Shown piece by piece: positions 1 through 13,600 of a stretch of DNA of 64,000 nt (its first letter is position 1; each line of letters opens with the position of its first letter). The stretch covers positions 182,342,001 to 182,406,000 of the forward strand of contig NC_042997.1 of assembly GCF_006345805.1 (NCBI RefSeq), read 5' to 3'. A model generated the notes under the pieces. That model was not told the DNA's origin and ran no database searches. It was given only the letters and a program-made list of their open reading frames with translations. The translations under genes and the position numbers were made by a program. The DNA comes from Octopus sinensis (Eukaryota).

Positions 1-75
1 TTTATGCCCTGCAGTTATTTTAAAGTTCAAACTGACAAAGGAACTTTTGAACAGTGGCAATCAATAGTTGCTTAC

Positions 76-3000
76 CTCTTTTTCACAATAGTTTTCTTGG
101 GTGCAACTACTGGTTCTGGATGAGAACGGATTGCTGCATGTGCATTTTTATACTGCTTTTCAATCTAGAATTAAAAAAAAAGTTTAATTTTAAGGATAGA
201 CAATTGCATTCCAAGGAAACTATTTCAACAACCATAAAGTGCCATGCTTTTACTTAGGCAATAATTGTTTTTCATGGATAATATCCTCCAGATTAGTTTG
301 TCTTAAACCCTCTTATGTTTAAACCGACCATATCTGGCCCAGATATTCTACATGTTTTATATTCAAACACCTAATGTACATTGACATTCTAAAAATAAAC
401 AATCACATCATTGAAACCTCAAAGCTCTAAGATAATGCATGACCAATTTAAAACAATGAGTGAAAAAGTATTACATTTAACAGAGTAATCTGAACACTAA
501 AGGGTTAAAGTACTCCATTACAAGTATTGTTAACAGATTAACATGCCCACATCTATTTAAACTACCGCTAACAATAAGTGCTTTCCACTGTATAAAATAT
601 ATATTTTGTGCCTAATGAAGTAGTAAGAATTATAGAGAACGTAATACTCACTGATTCGGGTGTTATGCCTAGTTTAATATAACGCGAGAACTGTTTTTTG
701 TATGTTTCTTCATTTTCTTCTTGAAGTGTAGACATATAATTTGCGACATGTTTGCCAAAAATATGATCCCTATGCACCTCAGCTTTAAATTCTCCACTCT
801 CAGCATCAAAACCTGGGAAGCGCTTAACACTGTAAAAAAAAATATATGAAGCTTAAATTTGTTGTAATCACAAAATTCCCATGAAAACAGCATTTTTGGG
901 GTTCATCATTAACATTGAAGATATCTAGTTATAGGTTTTGAATTTAAATTCTCAAATACACCTAAGTTGAAACCATTAAAATAAAAGCAATATAATATGA
1001 ACAAGACCTTAAGAAATGAGTAAATGGGTTGTATTACAGTGATGAAAGCATCTAGTACAGATTTATACTGAACTAAAATATTTTTCATATTTAATATTTC
1101 TCAGACAGATCATATAACTTTTCAATTACAAGAAAGTCAAAAAAGTTTGACAGCTGTTCTGTTCCCCCATGGAGACAATTGTGATATACAATAAAATTTA
1201 TAACTATGAAACTATAAACAAAACAGCAATAGCTGCAGTATTTGATGAATGAATTGCATCAAAAGATTCTTACATAAGCATAAACAATAGTTATTGCTGG
1301 ATTAGAGCAGACTTGATACAAGCAACCTATGAGTCTCTGAAGTAAATGCTTAACATACTTGGTACAGCAACCAAATGTACACAACAAATATGCTTAATTT
1401 TTAAAAGAAACTCAGTTGGACCTAAAATCTATTGACTATTCTAATTATTCCATAAAATATTGGACCAATTATGCAAAAGTGGACAAAAATCAAGGTATTT
1501 TAGCACCTATAATATTGGCTAATAAAATTGTGATATTTCATTCCGCTGGTATGACATGAATACCCTTTCAAACCTACAAACCTCCTATAGTAAGCAAACC
1601 AACACCCTACAGGTGTTGTGTCCATTTGTTCTTGGAAGCTATTTTTATAAGCATAGTTACCAATGTTGCTGGTTAGACTTATGACAATATTAGTGCAAAT
1701 ATGATCTAGAACGAAGTTCATGAAACATTCCTGCAGTACAAGTTTACTCATAGAAACAGTCAACTTAACATACTACATATGCAAATGTGCTAAAATATGA
1801 AGTTATGGAATTAAAGAAAAATTTGAATTTTTCAAATTTATGCAATTCATATGTTAGTCAACTGACAATTTAAGAATTGGGACTGGATTTAAGTATTTTG
1901 AAATACTTCCACTTCCCCACTCCATACTTGCAAACATCAACCATGCCAGTCTGTGAGGGTCTGCAAGTTACCAACACAGCCACTCCTGTGACTTAAGTCT
2001 CCAAGAGTTAGCTTTTTAAGATTAAAAAGTTTCTGAAATTAAACAACAAATCAGACGTTTTCAAACAAGTCCACCTACACCCATAAAGAACCTGTAACTG
2101 AAAAAGAGTCTTACTTGTGAGGTATCTCCATACCACCATCAACAGCACCTTTCATTGCTCCAAAGACTCTTGCACCAGTTGTAGTACGGCTGAGTCCAAC
2201 ATCAAGAAATGCACGGAAGGCTCTGGGTTTACCTTCAATGTTCTCAACATTATACTCCTCTCCAGTTACATCAGTACAACCATCATAGATGGTGTCCAAA
2301 TTGAACTTCTTCAATATCTGAAAACAAATTGTGATGACAATATATTAAAACTAAAATGATTAGAGGGGGAAAAAATTTTTTTTTAAGAAAACATTTAAGT
2401 TTTTCACATACTAAAAAACAAAAAGTAACTTACTCGTCTGGCAAGAAGAAGTCCTGTGCAATATGCAGCAGCATAGTTGGTCAGCCCTACCTTGATGCCA
2501 TATTTAGGGAGTTCATGAGAATAGGCCGCAGCCACAATCACATCTCCCTCAATACGGGCATACGCTATCTAAAACAAAAAACATTTTAATTGTTAATTTA
2601 CTATTAATCATAATTTTAAGAAATAAGACCATTCAACATAGAGGTTAGGGCAGTAGGAACCTATGTAAATCAATTACAATACAATTCATACCAAGAAGTA
2701 CAACTAAAGCAAAGTCTAGATCAGTGGTTCCTAAAGTAGGCAGCGCTACCCCCATGGGGGAAGTGGAAAGATTCAGGGGGTGTTGAAAAGTGGAGCAACA
2801 ACAGGGTAACAGAAAGCAGTTGATGGTTGTAACAAAACTAATGAATTGGGTTAAATTTTATTTTGCTGCAGAAAATGTTCTGTTTGTGGTGGTGAGTGAT
2901 CGAGTGGGGGGAAGCTAGGAATGTAGCTCAAAAGAGGACAGCACCAGCAGCCTGAAAATGTTTCATGTTTTCAATATATAAAATGGTGACTTATCTGACA

Positions 3001-6000
3001 TACCATGTTATGACATGTACACATCTAGCTAACACCACCAGGGGCATCTACAATTACTCAATCTGCAAAAATTGCAATCAAATCTTCCTCAAATCAAACA
3101 ATCTTAATCTTATTTAAAAGGTGTAAATGAAGCATCCAGTCTTGCTAATCGAAGCACACAACTTAAAGCCACCCTTCTATATTTGTTAAAATACTGTCAA
3201 CTAATTTTGGAAATAATGAATTTAGTAAAATAACTCATTATGCTGGTATCGGGAATAAACAAAAATTTGATGGAGTATATTGATCATGCTGGCTAATCTG
3301 TGATATTACTAAAAATTTCTACAGTTGTTAGTTGTCGGAGCACTGCATCCTTCAAAACTTCCATGCTTCCTGAGATTCGCCAACACTACACTTGATTTTC
3401 TCCTCTCCATACACACACAAGCATGTATCTGACCCATACATTGCTCGCTTTCCAGACATTTCTACATTTACTTTATATGCACTTTGACAAGTTGTGGTGC
3501 ACCTGAGCACTGTATACAATAATTTCATTATTATTTTTATGATTTTCATGCCCGTTTTCAAAATGACAAGCTTTAAAAAAAGATTTATAGGAAGACAGAT
3601 TGAAAACTTGTAATTTCTAGCCAATCAAACCAGTCCATGTTTCTACAGCAACAAACGGACACTACAGTTATGACTGGCATTTCATTCAAAATTTCAATTG
3701 TAAATGTTTGTTTTCATTAAATATTTACATCCTTAACCCTTTAGCATTCAAGCTGGCCAAAATAACCTGTTTTACATTGAAACAGGCCACACCTGGCCTC
3801 TTACCTCATCCTTTCAATGTCATTCTAAAACTAAGCAATCACATCTCCAAACAAGATAATGCATAATTAACTTAAGACATTACATTCAACAGAATAATCT
3901 GAATACTTAAGCATTAAAAGCTCAAAACAAGTTGAGTTTTCATGTCACATCAAGGGTTGGGGGGAATAACGATGGAAGAATTTGAAAATTTGTTTTTGTA
4001 ACTTGCAAAAATTTTTAAAATTCAATCAAGATAGCTGTTTCAAACTAACCTCAATCCTTTATCAATTAAACGAGCCATACTGACTAGATCCAGCCTATCA
4101 CACCTATCCTACAATGTCATTCCAAAAATAATCACATTGAAATCTTGAAGCTTTGAGAATGCATAATGCAAAACAATGAATAAATAAGCATAACACTTTA
4201 ATCAGAATGCTAAAACAGCTGAATTCTGCACCTAAATTTTTAGGTTTCAGCATTTTCATAAAATGTTTGCGAATTTGTATTCAACATAGCAATTCAGATG
4301 ACTAAAAAAATCTTTTGGTTAATTTTGCAAATTTTTTTAAATAACAAATTAAAACAGCTAGTTCAAATATTTGCTTAAATCCCAGCAATAGGCTGTTAAA
4401 TGTGTTGGGGAGAAAGATCTTGAAAAACAGTATCAGATGTGCTAAAGTAACAGCTAAATTATGCACAAAATTTGCTTTTGCATAATTATATGAATTTCTC
4501 CAAAAGCTTTCAGTCATTCCTAAATCTATCCAATACTTTGCCATCAAACAGTCATTAAGAACTCAACTAATGAAATACCTCCAATTATCATACAACCACT
4601 TCAGTTATACATCACTAAGGATAGCAATGATATTTATGCAATTCAAAAGAACTTTAGTAACAGTGTATGCTACATTACAGTAGTGTTCAAATTACATTCT
4701 GCATGGAATAGTTTTTGTCTCAAAGAGCCAAATATTTAAGTTAGGTTTTGCTAAAATGAAACTATGCTTATGTATTTCTAACTGGAGATATTACTATTTT
4801 ATTTCAATATCAAGTTATCAAATCATCACTGACAGATATATTGTACTTAAAGAAATTGATGTCTAGTAGGAACCACTGATAAACTAAGGTAGGAAGGATG
4901 CATTTGACAAGGTATAAAAAAAAAAGATTTGAAACTGGATGGTCAAGAGTTAGACTCCTTTGGAAATTAGACATACTATTACTGGTTATAGTGTTTTAAG
5001 TAGTTATATAGGAGAAAGTAAGGATTGGCATTCAAAATATCTTGTTTTGATTTTTAAAAAAATCATATTGTACTTTCTGAAAACCTATTTTTGGATATTA
5101 GGGTTTATAGCTTGTTTCCATAAAGTCAACTGTTTCAATATAAGTGGGATCCAAAGTTATTAAAATTCATCTAGATTGTGGTCAGTCATTAAAGCAGAAA
5201 TTGACTTAAGTTAGCAATCTTCAATAAAATATTTACAAATGTTTACTTGTTCTTAAAGCTTACAGAAGTCCCACTGTAGATGGAACAGGCATTTCTTCCT
5301 CACGGGCTTAGGAAGGGATCCAGCCAAAAACAATGCTAAAGCAGACTGGAGTTTGGCACAGTCCTCTGGCCAGTCAACTACTGTCAAACCACCCACGCCA
5401 GAATGAACTTATCTTCCTTAAACTAAAAACTATAAGTTTCTTTATACATTTTAACAATCATTTGCTGTTGTAACAATGCTATAAGCATATTCGAATTTGG
5501 GATACAATGGTATGGAACAGTCGTGAAACATGGATGTCTATTCAACCATGACCAGTCAGAAAGCCATAAAATTTTAATCAAAAAGGATTTTAGAGTTAAT
5601 ATGCAATTATAAACAGACCATTGAACACACTTTAGAAACTAACTATGAAATAGCCTAATTACTCCTATTTATCACCACTGGAAGTCTTTAGTCTAAAATT
5701 TTCTAAAAAGAAAATCATAATAATCTTCATTGGTGAATATATTTCAGGTTTTTAACATCGACAAGTTATTTGTCAGCACTGTCAGTTTATACACGTTTAA
5801 AATCTCACCACCTCACAGTAGTTCCATTCGTAAACTGTTACTGTAATACGTAGTTAGCGTACAAAGAAATACCTTTCACAACGTCAAGTATTTTTCATAT
5901 ATAAACTGGTATATGACTTTAAAATAGACTTTCAACAATTTTACGTAAAACATTGCATTGATATATATATAGCTACCAAGTTATTGCTCGAGGGGAAAAA

Positions 6001-6998
6001 AAGAGCATTATAATGGATTAACCCAGTGTACAATACAATAAGTTAACATTAGCATTATTTATACTAACTACAGTGACTTTAAAACTACAACTGAATCCAA
6101 GTTCACAAACGTTAAGCCTTTCAAATGGGTGGAGAATAAGAAAAGTTAAGTTCACCTGGCAAATAATATCCTTATTAGTGAAGCGAACTATCATTCGATA
6201 TTTAGGTGTGTTGTACTTGTTTTTTTCCTGCACCACAAGACGTTTCCTCGCGAAGTAGTCAGTTTTTCCCTCTAGAAATAGAATTAAAAGTTTTAGCCAA
6301 CTTTTCGAGAAGAAAAGGCGGATATTTCGTAGACAAGTGTAAAAGATTAGGTTACGTATTACAGTACTACTATGTACATTTTAGTATTACTGGATTACAA
6401 AGTATATATATATACCTCTCCTCCTTCGGAATTTTACTTGAAACCTCTTGAAATAGGCTTTATTTTTAATTATCTTCACGAACACCTGCAAAAGAAAAAA
6501 AAATTAACCCATTTCAAGAGAAAGTTTTTGTTTAGCAACGTTGTAGAATTACTTTGAGTAGACAATTATTCAATAAAACTAGTGTTGTATATATTTATAT
6601 TAAAACAGAAAGAGTGCTTCAATACAAACATGTAAAAGTTGCATACTTTTTAACGACTGATTTTGCCATTGTTGAATATGGAGACCAACGTCATCGTTGC
6701 ATTAATTTTGTCACATGCGTATAAAAAAATTCAAGTTGGCACGATAAAAGAACCTAGAAGAACACTTCTTTAAAATTCTAAAACCAATATCCATGATTAA
6801 AATAAGTGAACGTCACGTATTATAAATGCTGTCAACAACTTCTAGCGGGAGAGCAAGTGCGATTATTACACGTGTAGAAAATAAGCTAGGCGGTATCATT
6901 AATATATCGAAGCCATCGAACAGAATTTATTGAAAAATATCATTTAACAAGTTATAAAAATACAAAATATATTAAAATTTTTAGAAATTACTCACCAT
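76..6998 (-). CDS. RPL5: 60S ribosomal protein L5 (uL18); coding exons 1-7, final exon beyond the left edge of the window
   Basis: Minus-strand exons: 6996-6998 (ATG only, then GTGAGT), 6416-6485, 6156-6271, 2434-2568, 2115-2317, 652-829, 76-164. All junctions are GT-AG and phase-consistent. Translation [72 protein letters not shown]...[18 protein letters not shown]...[19 protein letters not shown]...[30 protein letters not shown] is unmistakably uL18. Exon lengths 3/70/116/135/203/178/89 match vertebrate RPL5 as I recall it. Confidence 0.98.
303..508. mobile_element. ~200-bp MITE, piggyBac-like (TTAA|CCC...GGG|TTAA)
   Basis: Ends CTAAAGGG|TTAA at 497-508. The body is shared with copies at ~3733-3920, ~21730-21948 and ~56488-56705, which begin TTAACCCTTTAGCATT or a variant. 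Confidence 0.6.
3324..3535 (+). mobile_element. 5'-truncated 3' end of the CR1/L2-type LINE in RPL5 intron 3
   Basis: Near-identical to the reverse complement of 16690-16865 (GTTGTCGGAGCACTGC...CTGAGATTCGCCAACACTACAC...GTGCACCTGAGCACTGTATACAATAAT). Confidence 0.85.
3733..3920. mobile_element. piggyBac-like MITE copy (degenerate right end)
   Basis: Starts TTAACCCTTTAGCATTCAAGCTGGCC; same family as 303-508. Confidence 0.55.
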
Positions 6999-7067
6999 TT
7001 TGGTTTATTTTACAAGTCCAACAATCAGTGCCTTAATAATAGCATCAGTTGGGGGATGACTTACTAT

Positions 7068-7078
7068 GAAAAAGGAAG
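7068..7078 (-). promoter_or_regulatory. TCT initiator / 5'-terminal oligopyrimidine (TOP) tract of RPL5
   Basis: The minus strand reads CTTCCTTTTTC about 70-80 nt upstream of the ATG-only exon 1. TCT/TOP starts are characteristic of ribosomal protein genes. Confidence 0.75.
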
Positions 7079-7607
7079 TGGCAGGCACCTCTGCAGACAA
7101 TTTAACAGCTTTCCGGAAGTGCTTTTATAATATAATTTTTTTGATATACGCAATAAAATAAAATTTAACATAAATTTAAATTATCACAATTTTAAAAATA
7201 TATAAGCTTTTATAAAAGTACTTTCACGTGATTTTGCTAATAAATATTAAAAATAATTAATAGCCAATCAAATGTCGTGTCGTTGGTGCACTTAATTTGA
7301 ATATATTTCATTGTAAACTTAATTTTACGAAGTTCATTGATGTATTTTATTGATTTTAAATTGTTTATTATATCATATCCGTTTGTTTGTCATTTGTTGT
7401 TTTTACTGTTCCATAAAAGAATTCCCCTGTATTCATTTATCTCTAAAACTCAGTTCCAAAGAAAAACAAGTCGCAACATGTCAACAAATATTCCATTTCT
7501 CTTGACGTTTTCTCAAGTTTTCTCTATGTTTTTATCAAAAGTTTCACAACGCTAACGATTAAACATTAACCTACACGTAATAAGATGCTAACATTTGAAT
7601 CTGCATC
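7079..7607. promoter_or_regulatory. Bidirectional promoter region between RPL5 and CCDC18
   Basis: Divergent genes ~530 bp apart. Contains an ETS/GABP-type TTCCGGAAGTG at 7111-7121 and a CCAAT box AGCCAATCA at 7262-7270. Confidence 0.6.
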
Positions 7608-10600
7608 ATGGAGCTGAGATTAAAAGAAGTTACACATCGTCTACAAGAAACAGAAAAATCTTTAGCAAATATTTATTTAATGGAGCAACATGACTTAAAA
7701 GAAAAAGCATTCGGTGTTGATAATTTGTAAGTGCTTGTACATTTCTAGCTTAGAGTTCCTCAAAATGAAAAGGTATTGTCTGTAATTAAAAGATCAAACT
7801 CTATACGGTTCCCAAAATAAGTTGTCAATATTTTCTTTCTTTTTATTTTGTTGTCTAACTCCAATTTAAACTTAATTGACGACTGTCACTTTCATCAATG
7901 GTCCTTCATAAAGAGAGACTACGTAGCTGTTGCTTCGTTGATTTATGTTAGATTTTGTTTTTAGTCAAGTGTGGTTAGTTAACTTAGGCTGTGTGCCTTC
8001 CTTTAAAGGATTTACGATCAAAAAGCAAATGTTGTCATATTACAATATTTGTAGACCTAAATATTCTATAATTAAAGTCGTATTGTGCCTTTCGAAGGTA
8101 TTCTATCTATGACCATCCCACCTTTGTAAAGATACATGGGACTACTGCTTCCTTTAATATATCTTGCTTGTTTAAAACGGTGGGGTGTGATTCGATGGAG
8201 ATTTGGCTTCTGTTTCTCGCAGGTCAAACGACTGCAGAAGCTCATTTGGGCGAAAGTAAAGAATACGTGCACCCGGTGTTTAGGGTTAGGGTTTTTGTTA
8301 CGCCGAAAGCTGGTGGTGTACGTATTCTTTACCTCCTCCTCTCATTTGTTGCTTGCTCTAATACCATACACGATACATGTTTTAATTCCAGAGTAATAAA
8401 TGTGGTCAGTGTAACATTCATTAAACTCGGAAATTAATGGCCCTTACGTTGCGTTTAATAAATTTATATCGAGGAATAAAACTTATCTAATCTCCATTAA
8501 AATTATATAAATATTCAATTTTGTACTGCGTTGAAAAATTAACTGAATTATCTTTTTCAAACTCAGCAACATAGTAGGTTATGAAACTGAAGAAAATCCC
8601 CAATTACTACAGTCAATTATCTATTTAGTTTTACAATTGGCAATATTTGTACGGAGCCAAATAATGAGCACACCTTGAAATAGCTTAAAGTTCAATTTCT
8701 GTCGGTGTCAATTTCACTTTTCGGCCTTTTGGAGTCTATGCAATCAGCTATAAATCCCTTCTACAAAAACTAATATCAGAAAACACCTCGCATCTAATCC
8801 AAGGGTTTGCCCGTGAAGTTTACACTATTTCATGCAATTAAAAAGCATTATGAGTAAAGGCATTCTTAAAAGGGTTTTGGGATTATTGGAACACCTTTTT
8901 AAAGAGTTGGCAAGACATTAAAGCGTACCTACTCCCTCACTTCCAGTCCTTCCCTACAACACAGCCTGGCTCCTAACACCACATGTTCTAAGAAATATTT
9001 TTTTCTATTTTAAGAAATAAAGTTTCCATTAAATCACTACATTTGTAGCTGGAATGTAAGGAGATAAAATAAATATCTTTAGTTTTACATCATATAAGGC
9101 ATAACTCCTTAACTCGATTTGACTGATAATAGATTCTATTTCATGGAGAAGAAAAATAATTAACATTGTATAGACAATTACCAGCCTGCTTGTCTTTAGT
9201 TGAAATCCACCTCAAGTGTTTTATTGTTTTAGGCACTACACTTCATTGCCAGGTTGTTCACCTGTTCACAATACGTGTCAGATCACCTTCAAATGTTAAC
9301 TGAAAATTTGTCTTTTCTATAAAATCTTCTTCACAATTGAATGGTAGTCAAAGCTTCCCATTCTAAGAACAATTGCTCCATAAAAATCATCCCCTCCTCT
9401 CATGTTAGTATGCAAAAATGGATATAAATATAAAAGCCTAAATAAGATTACTTTGATTTTTTTGGACAATGTTTTTATTTGTTTTAATTTATTTATTTAA
9501 CAGATCTCAGGATTTTTGGTATAAAAATTCTTTGGACCAGATTAGATGGAATAACAGCAGCAGTAATGTTTCAGAACAAAGCTCACTGACTGACTCTCTT
9601 GGAATGGCCTTTAAAAACGATGACATGGTTGCAAGCACACCAAAAAAACATGTACTATAATTATTTGTTTATCATCATTAGCTTCTTCTCTTTTTATATA
9701 TGTCTATCTTAAAATTTCAACTATCAGATTGCTGATAGTTTTCACAAAAATGCTTTTTTTTAGTTTTAATGTTTATGAAGCTGGTGTTTATTGACATTTA
9801 TTCCGTCACTTGATATAACATCATGACCTGCCACTGGAGTGCCTTTTGTCAAATATACTCTATTGCCGGTATTTGGACCAGGTTTCTTGTTTGAACATAA
9901 CTTCCAGTTTGTAGTTTCTGGTAAAAGGTCACGGACACTGCTTCTTCATTTTCTAACTAAACCATAAAATATGTAAAAAAAACAAAACAAAAAAGCTCCC
10001 AACTTAATTTTTTATTCACCTTTAAACCTGGACAATTTTTCGTGACAAACTTTCACCTTGATGGAGCTAATTTAATTCTAGCAATCTTAGAACTAACTTG
10101 CTAATAACACTAGCATAGCTAGAGTGTGTGTGTGTGCAGGTCTCATCCCCCAGCTATGCTAGTGGCTAATAGTGAGAGAACACTTGCACTTTACACTACA
10201 TTCACATATCTATTGGTCATATTAAAGGTGTCTGGGGATATGAGTAACATGCCAGTGAATTGGTAGAGTTGTTAGAGAGCTGGATAGAATAATGTCTTTC
10301 ATTATTTGCCACCTGTGTCGGTGGCACATAAAAAACACCATCCGAGCGAGGCCGTCTGCCAGCCTCGTCTGGCACCTGTGTCGGTGGCACATAAAATCAC
10401 CCACTACACTCTCGGAGTGGTTGGCGTTAGGAAGGGCATCCAGCTGTAGAAACACTGCCAGATCTGACTGGCCTGGTGCAGCCTTCGGGCTTGCCAGACC
10501 CCAGTTGAACCGTCCAACCCATGCTAGCATGGAAAGCGGATGTTAAACGATGATGATGATTATTTGCATTCTGAGTTCAAATCATTGACTTGGCCTTTCA

Positions 10601-13600
10601 TCTCTTTAAGGTTTACAAATAAAGTGCCAGTAGAGTACTAAAGCCATTTCAAATACACACTTTTTTCTCTCTGAATCAGTTATGTTTAAAAGGCCAAGAA
10701 AGGAGCATTCACATTGCAGTCCCCACCAATTTTTTCTCCACCACTCTCCAAATTTGCTAAGAGAGAATAAGTGAAACAGTATGCTATGGATATGTCAGTG
10801 ATTTTACAGCTGAATGTCTTTCTTATCAGCTATCAGTATGACAGGGGGAATTACATATGTTTATCAGCATAACGCCAACCCAGCCACCTTAGCTACTGTC
10901 TTTTTATTTTTCTGCATTTGTGTTATCTCACAATCATAGTAAATAAGATATATTCAAGAGAATATTTAATCATTGCACATAATCAAGACTGATTTTAAAT
11001 TACATATTTTTGAATTCTGTCTTTTTTCCTTTTCTTTGATTATGAAAAAAAAATTAATTGAAAAGAATAAAAAATCAAATGAACCAGTCAATAATAAATA
11101 CCAAGAAAAACTGGATCTGCTACAAACTGAATTGAAGATACAAGACCAGAGTTTGAGGTAAAATCTCTTAAACTTCAGAATAAATTTACAAGTCTAAAAC
11201 AGCTATATATTAAGTATTTGGATTTCAAATTAAAATGGCTTCTGTTATTGCAGTGATGCCACTGTAAAAACGGTTTATCTCCTGTATCTTTAAGTCTTCG
11301 TGTGTAATTAAGGAATTATTATAATTAATATGTTCTGGTTACTATGTGCTTTTAGAGAGCCTTGAAACCAAGGTAAACAAGCTAACTAGGGTGCCTCTAT
11401 ATGATAGCTCAAGCTGCTAGAAATTGCAGCCAAAGCTCTCAAATCATACTGTACTATTTTAAATGAAGAAGGCTAGATTGGACATTGTAGTTCTTGAGGT
11501 ACAAAGACAAGGGATGATCATTGGTTGACCTGATAGTATACAACAGCTGAAGTGAATCCCAGAAACAAAGTCTGTCTAGTCTTAACAAGATGTCTATTCA
11601 AATCAAACAATATATAATCAATTTGTTGCACAACTATTATTTATAGAGTGTCAGTTGAATTTTGACCAAGTAAATTCTTCAAATTAGTATTATGGAACTC
11701 TTTCAACTACAAAGGACTGAATAAAAAGTTACTGAACCTTGTTTTACAAATAGTCATTGAAATAGAATTTGTGTTATTTCTACAGAGAAGCTGAAGAACG
11801 ATATGAAAAGGCCCAGAAAAATGCAGCAGATACTAATTCAGAAAACGAGAACTTACAGAAAACTATACACAACTTGAAAGATGAAATAAATCAAATAAAA
11901 CAACGGAATTTCATGTAAGGATTTCCTTCATTTGTGAAGTTTTTGAATTTTAGAATCTTGTATTTTATATCTTATTTGTTACAAAAAGATATAGGATCAT
12001 CATCATCAGAGCCTGGTGCAGCCATCTGGCTCACCAATCCTCAGTCAAATCATCCAACCCATGCTAGCATGGAAAGCGGACGTTAAATGATGATGATGAT
12101 GATAGAATATTTTAAATTTTTTCTTTTTCAAAGTGTTTTGTCAGATGTAGATGTGCAGCACATTTAGGACTGTATATTAATTGTTTTTCAATTATTGAAG
12201 CATGGAATAAAAGAATCAGGACAGTGCACTGGAAAAATCATTAATATCATTTTCATCTCCCATTCTCGTCATCAGGGGAAGCCTCTATATGGTTGTTCAA
12301 CCTGCTGGAAATACTAACCAAAAACTCCTCAAATCACACTGTGCCATATTAAAACTAGAACAAACCAGATAATGTAGTCTTGGATACATTGAGTGTAGGC
12401 ATTGTGTTCTATTCATAATCAGAATCCTTATCTTGTGCACAAGCTTTAAATTTAAATTGCTTTTCTATTGATTTGTAAATCTTGGTCAATGAGATGTATT
12501 TTCTTAGCTGATTAGAAAGGTAATCTAAATGCTTTTGTGCAAGTATTTATTTTCCAAATTGATCTGAAAATATATTGATGAAAGTTTATCTGAAATGTTA
12601 GAGAGTGATGTAGATGTGATATTGTACACCAAGTATTTACATAATTCTGATATTATCTGCTAGCTGAGATGCAGTCTATATACAGTACACTTGTTGTTAA
12701 GTCAACCTGCCTGTGTTCTAAATTGTCATATTGAGGAGACCTATTGAGTCAAGTACATCAACATCAAAAAATCAAATGGATATTGTAGTTGTGATACTTG
12801 TGCCAGTAGCACATATAAAGCACCATCTGAACATGGCCGATGCCAGCGCCGCCTTGACTGGCTTCCGTGCCGGTGGCACGTAAAAAGCACCAACTGATCA
12901 TGGCCATTGCCAGCTCCGCCTGGCACATAACAGGAACCCACTACACTCACAGAGTGGTTGGCGTTAGGAAGGGCATCCAGCTGTAGAAACACTGCCAAAT
13001 CAGACTGGAGCCTGGTGCAGCCTCCTGGCTTCCCAGACCCTGGTCAAACCGTCCAACCCATGCTAGCATGGAAAACGGACGTTAAACGATGATGATAATG
13101 ATGATTTAATTCAGTTTCAGTTTGACACAGTCATACTCTCAACAATAATCTAGTTGTCTTATTGGTTTATAGTAAATTAATTCTAATACCAGATACTCTG
13201 TTAGAAGAAAATATCAAGTGATAATCAAAATAGAATATGTCAAAATATGACTCTTTTGTGTGATTCAAACAGCAATTCAAAAAATTAATGACTTTCAGTT
13301 CTTGAGTGTGAGAACTGATATTTCTTCTTTTTAATTCATTTTTCCTCTTTTTTTCTTTATTTAGTGAAAAAGAAGATACAAGGAAACATTTTGAAAGCTA
13401 CAAGAGAAATATAGAAGAGAAGTGTCATTTGGTTAGAAACCTTAAATATTTTAAAATATCATTTATAAATTTGCAGGTGTAGCTGTGAAGCTTGCTTTCC
13501 AACTACATAGTTTTGGGTTCAGTCCCACTTGTGGTACCTTAGGCAAGTGTCTTCAACTATAGCCCTTTGTGAGTGAAGTAGACAGAAACTGAAAGAAGTC

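Noticed and set aside
2722-4878. CAGTGGTTCCTA / TAGGAACCACTG as TIRs of one 2.1-kb hAT element
   Set aside because: The 8-bp flanks do not match as a TSD and the interior is a mosaic of other repeats; more likely ends of separate short hAT-like elements.
830-6155. Intronic snoRNAs in RPL5 (vertebrate RPL5 hosts SNORD21 and SNORA66)
   Set aside because: Manual scanning found no minus-strand C-box/D-box pair with a terminal stem and no U21-like antisense element. Two-hairpin candidates near 860-975 and 1527-1700 lack a proper H box or pocket. An Infernal/Rfam or snoReport scan would be decisive.
8279-8293. TTAGGG telomeric motif
   Set aside because: Only two units; expected by chance.
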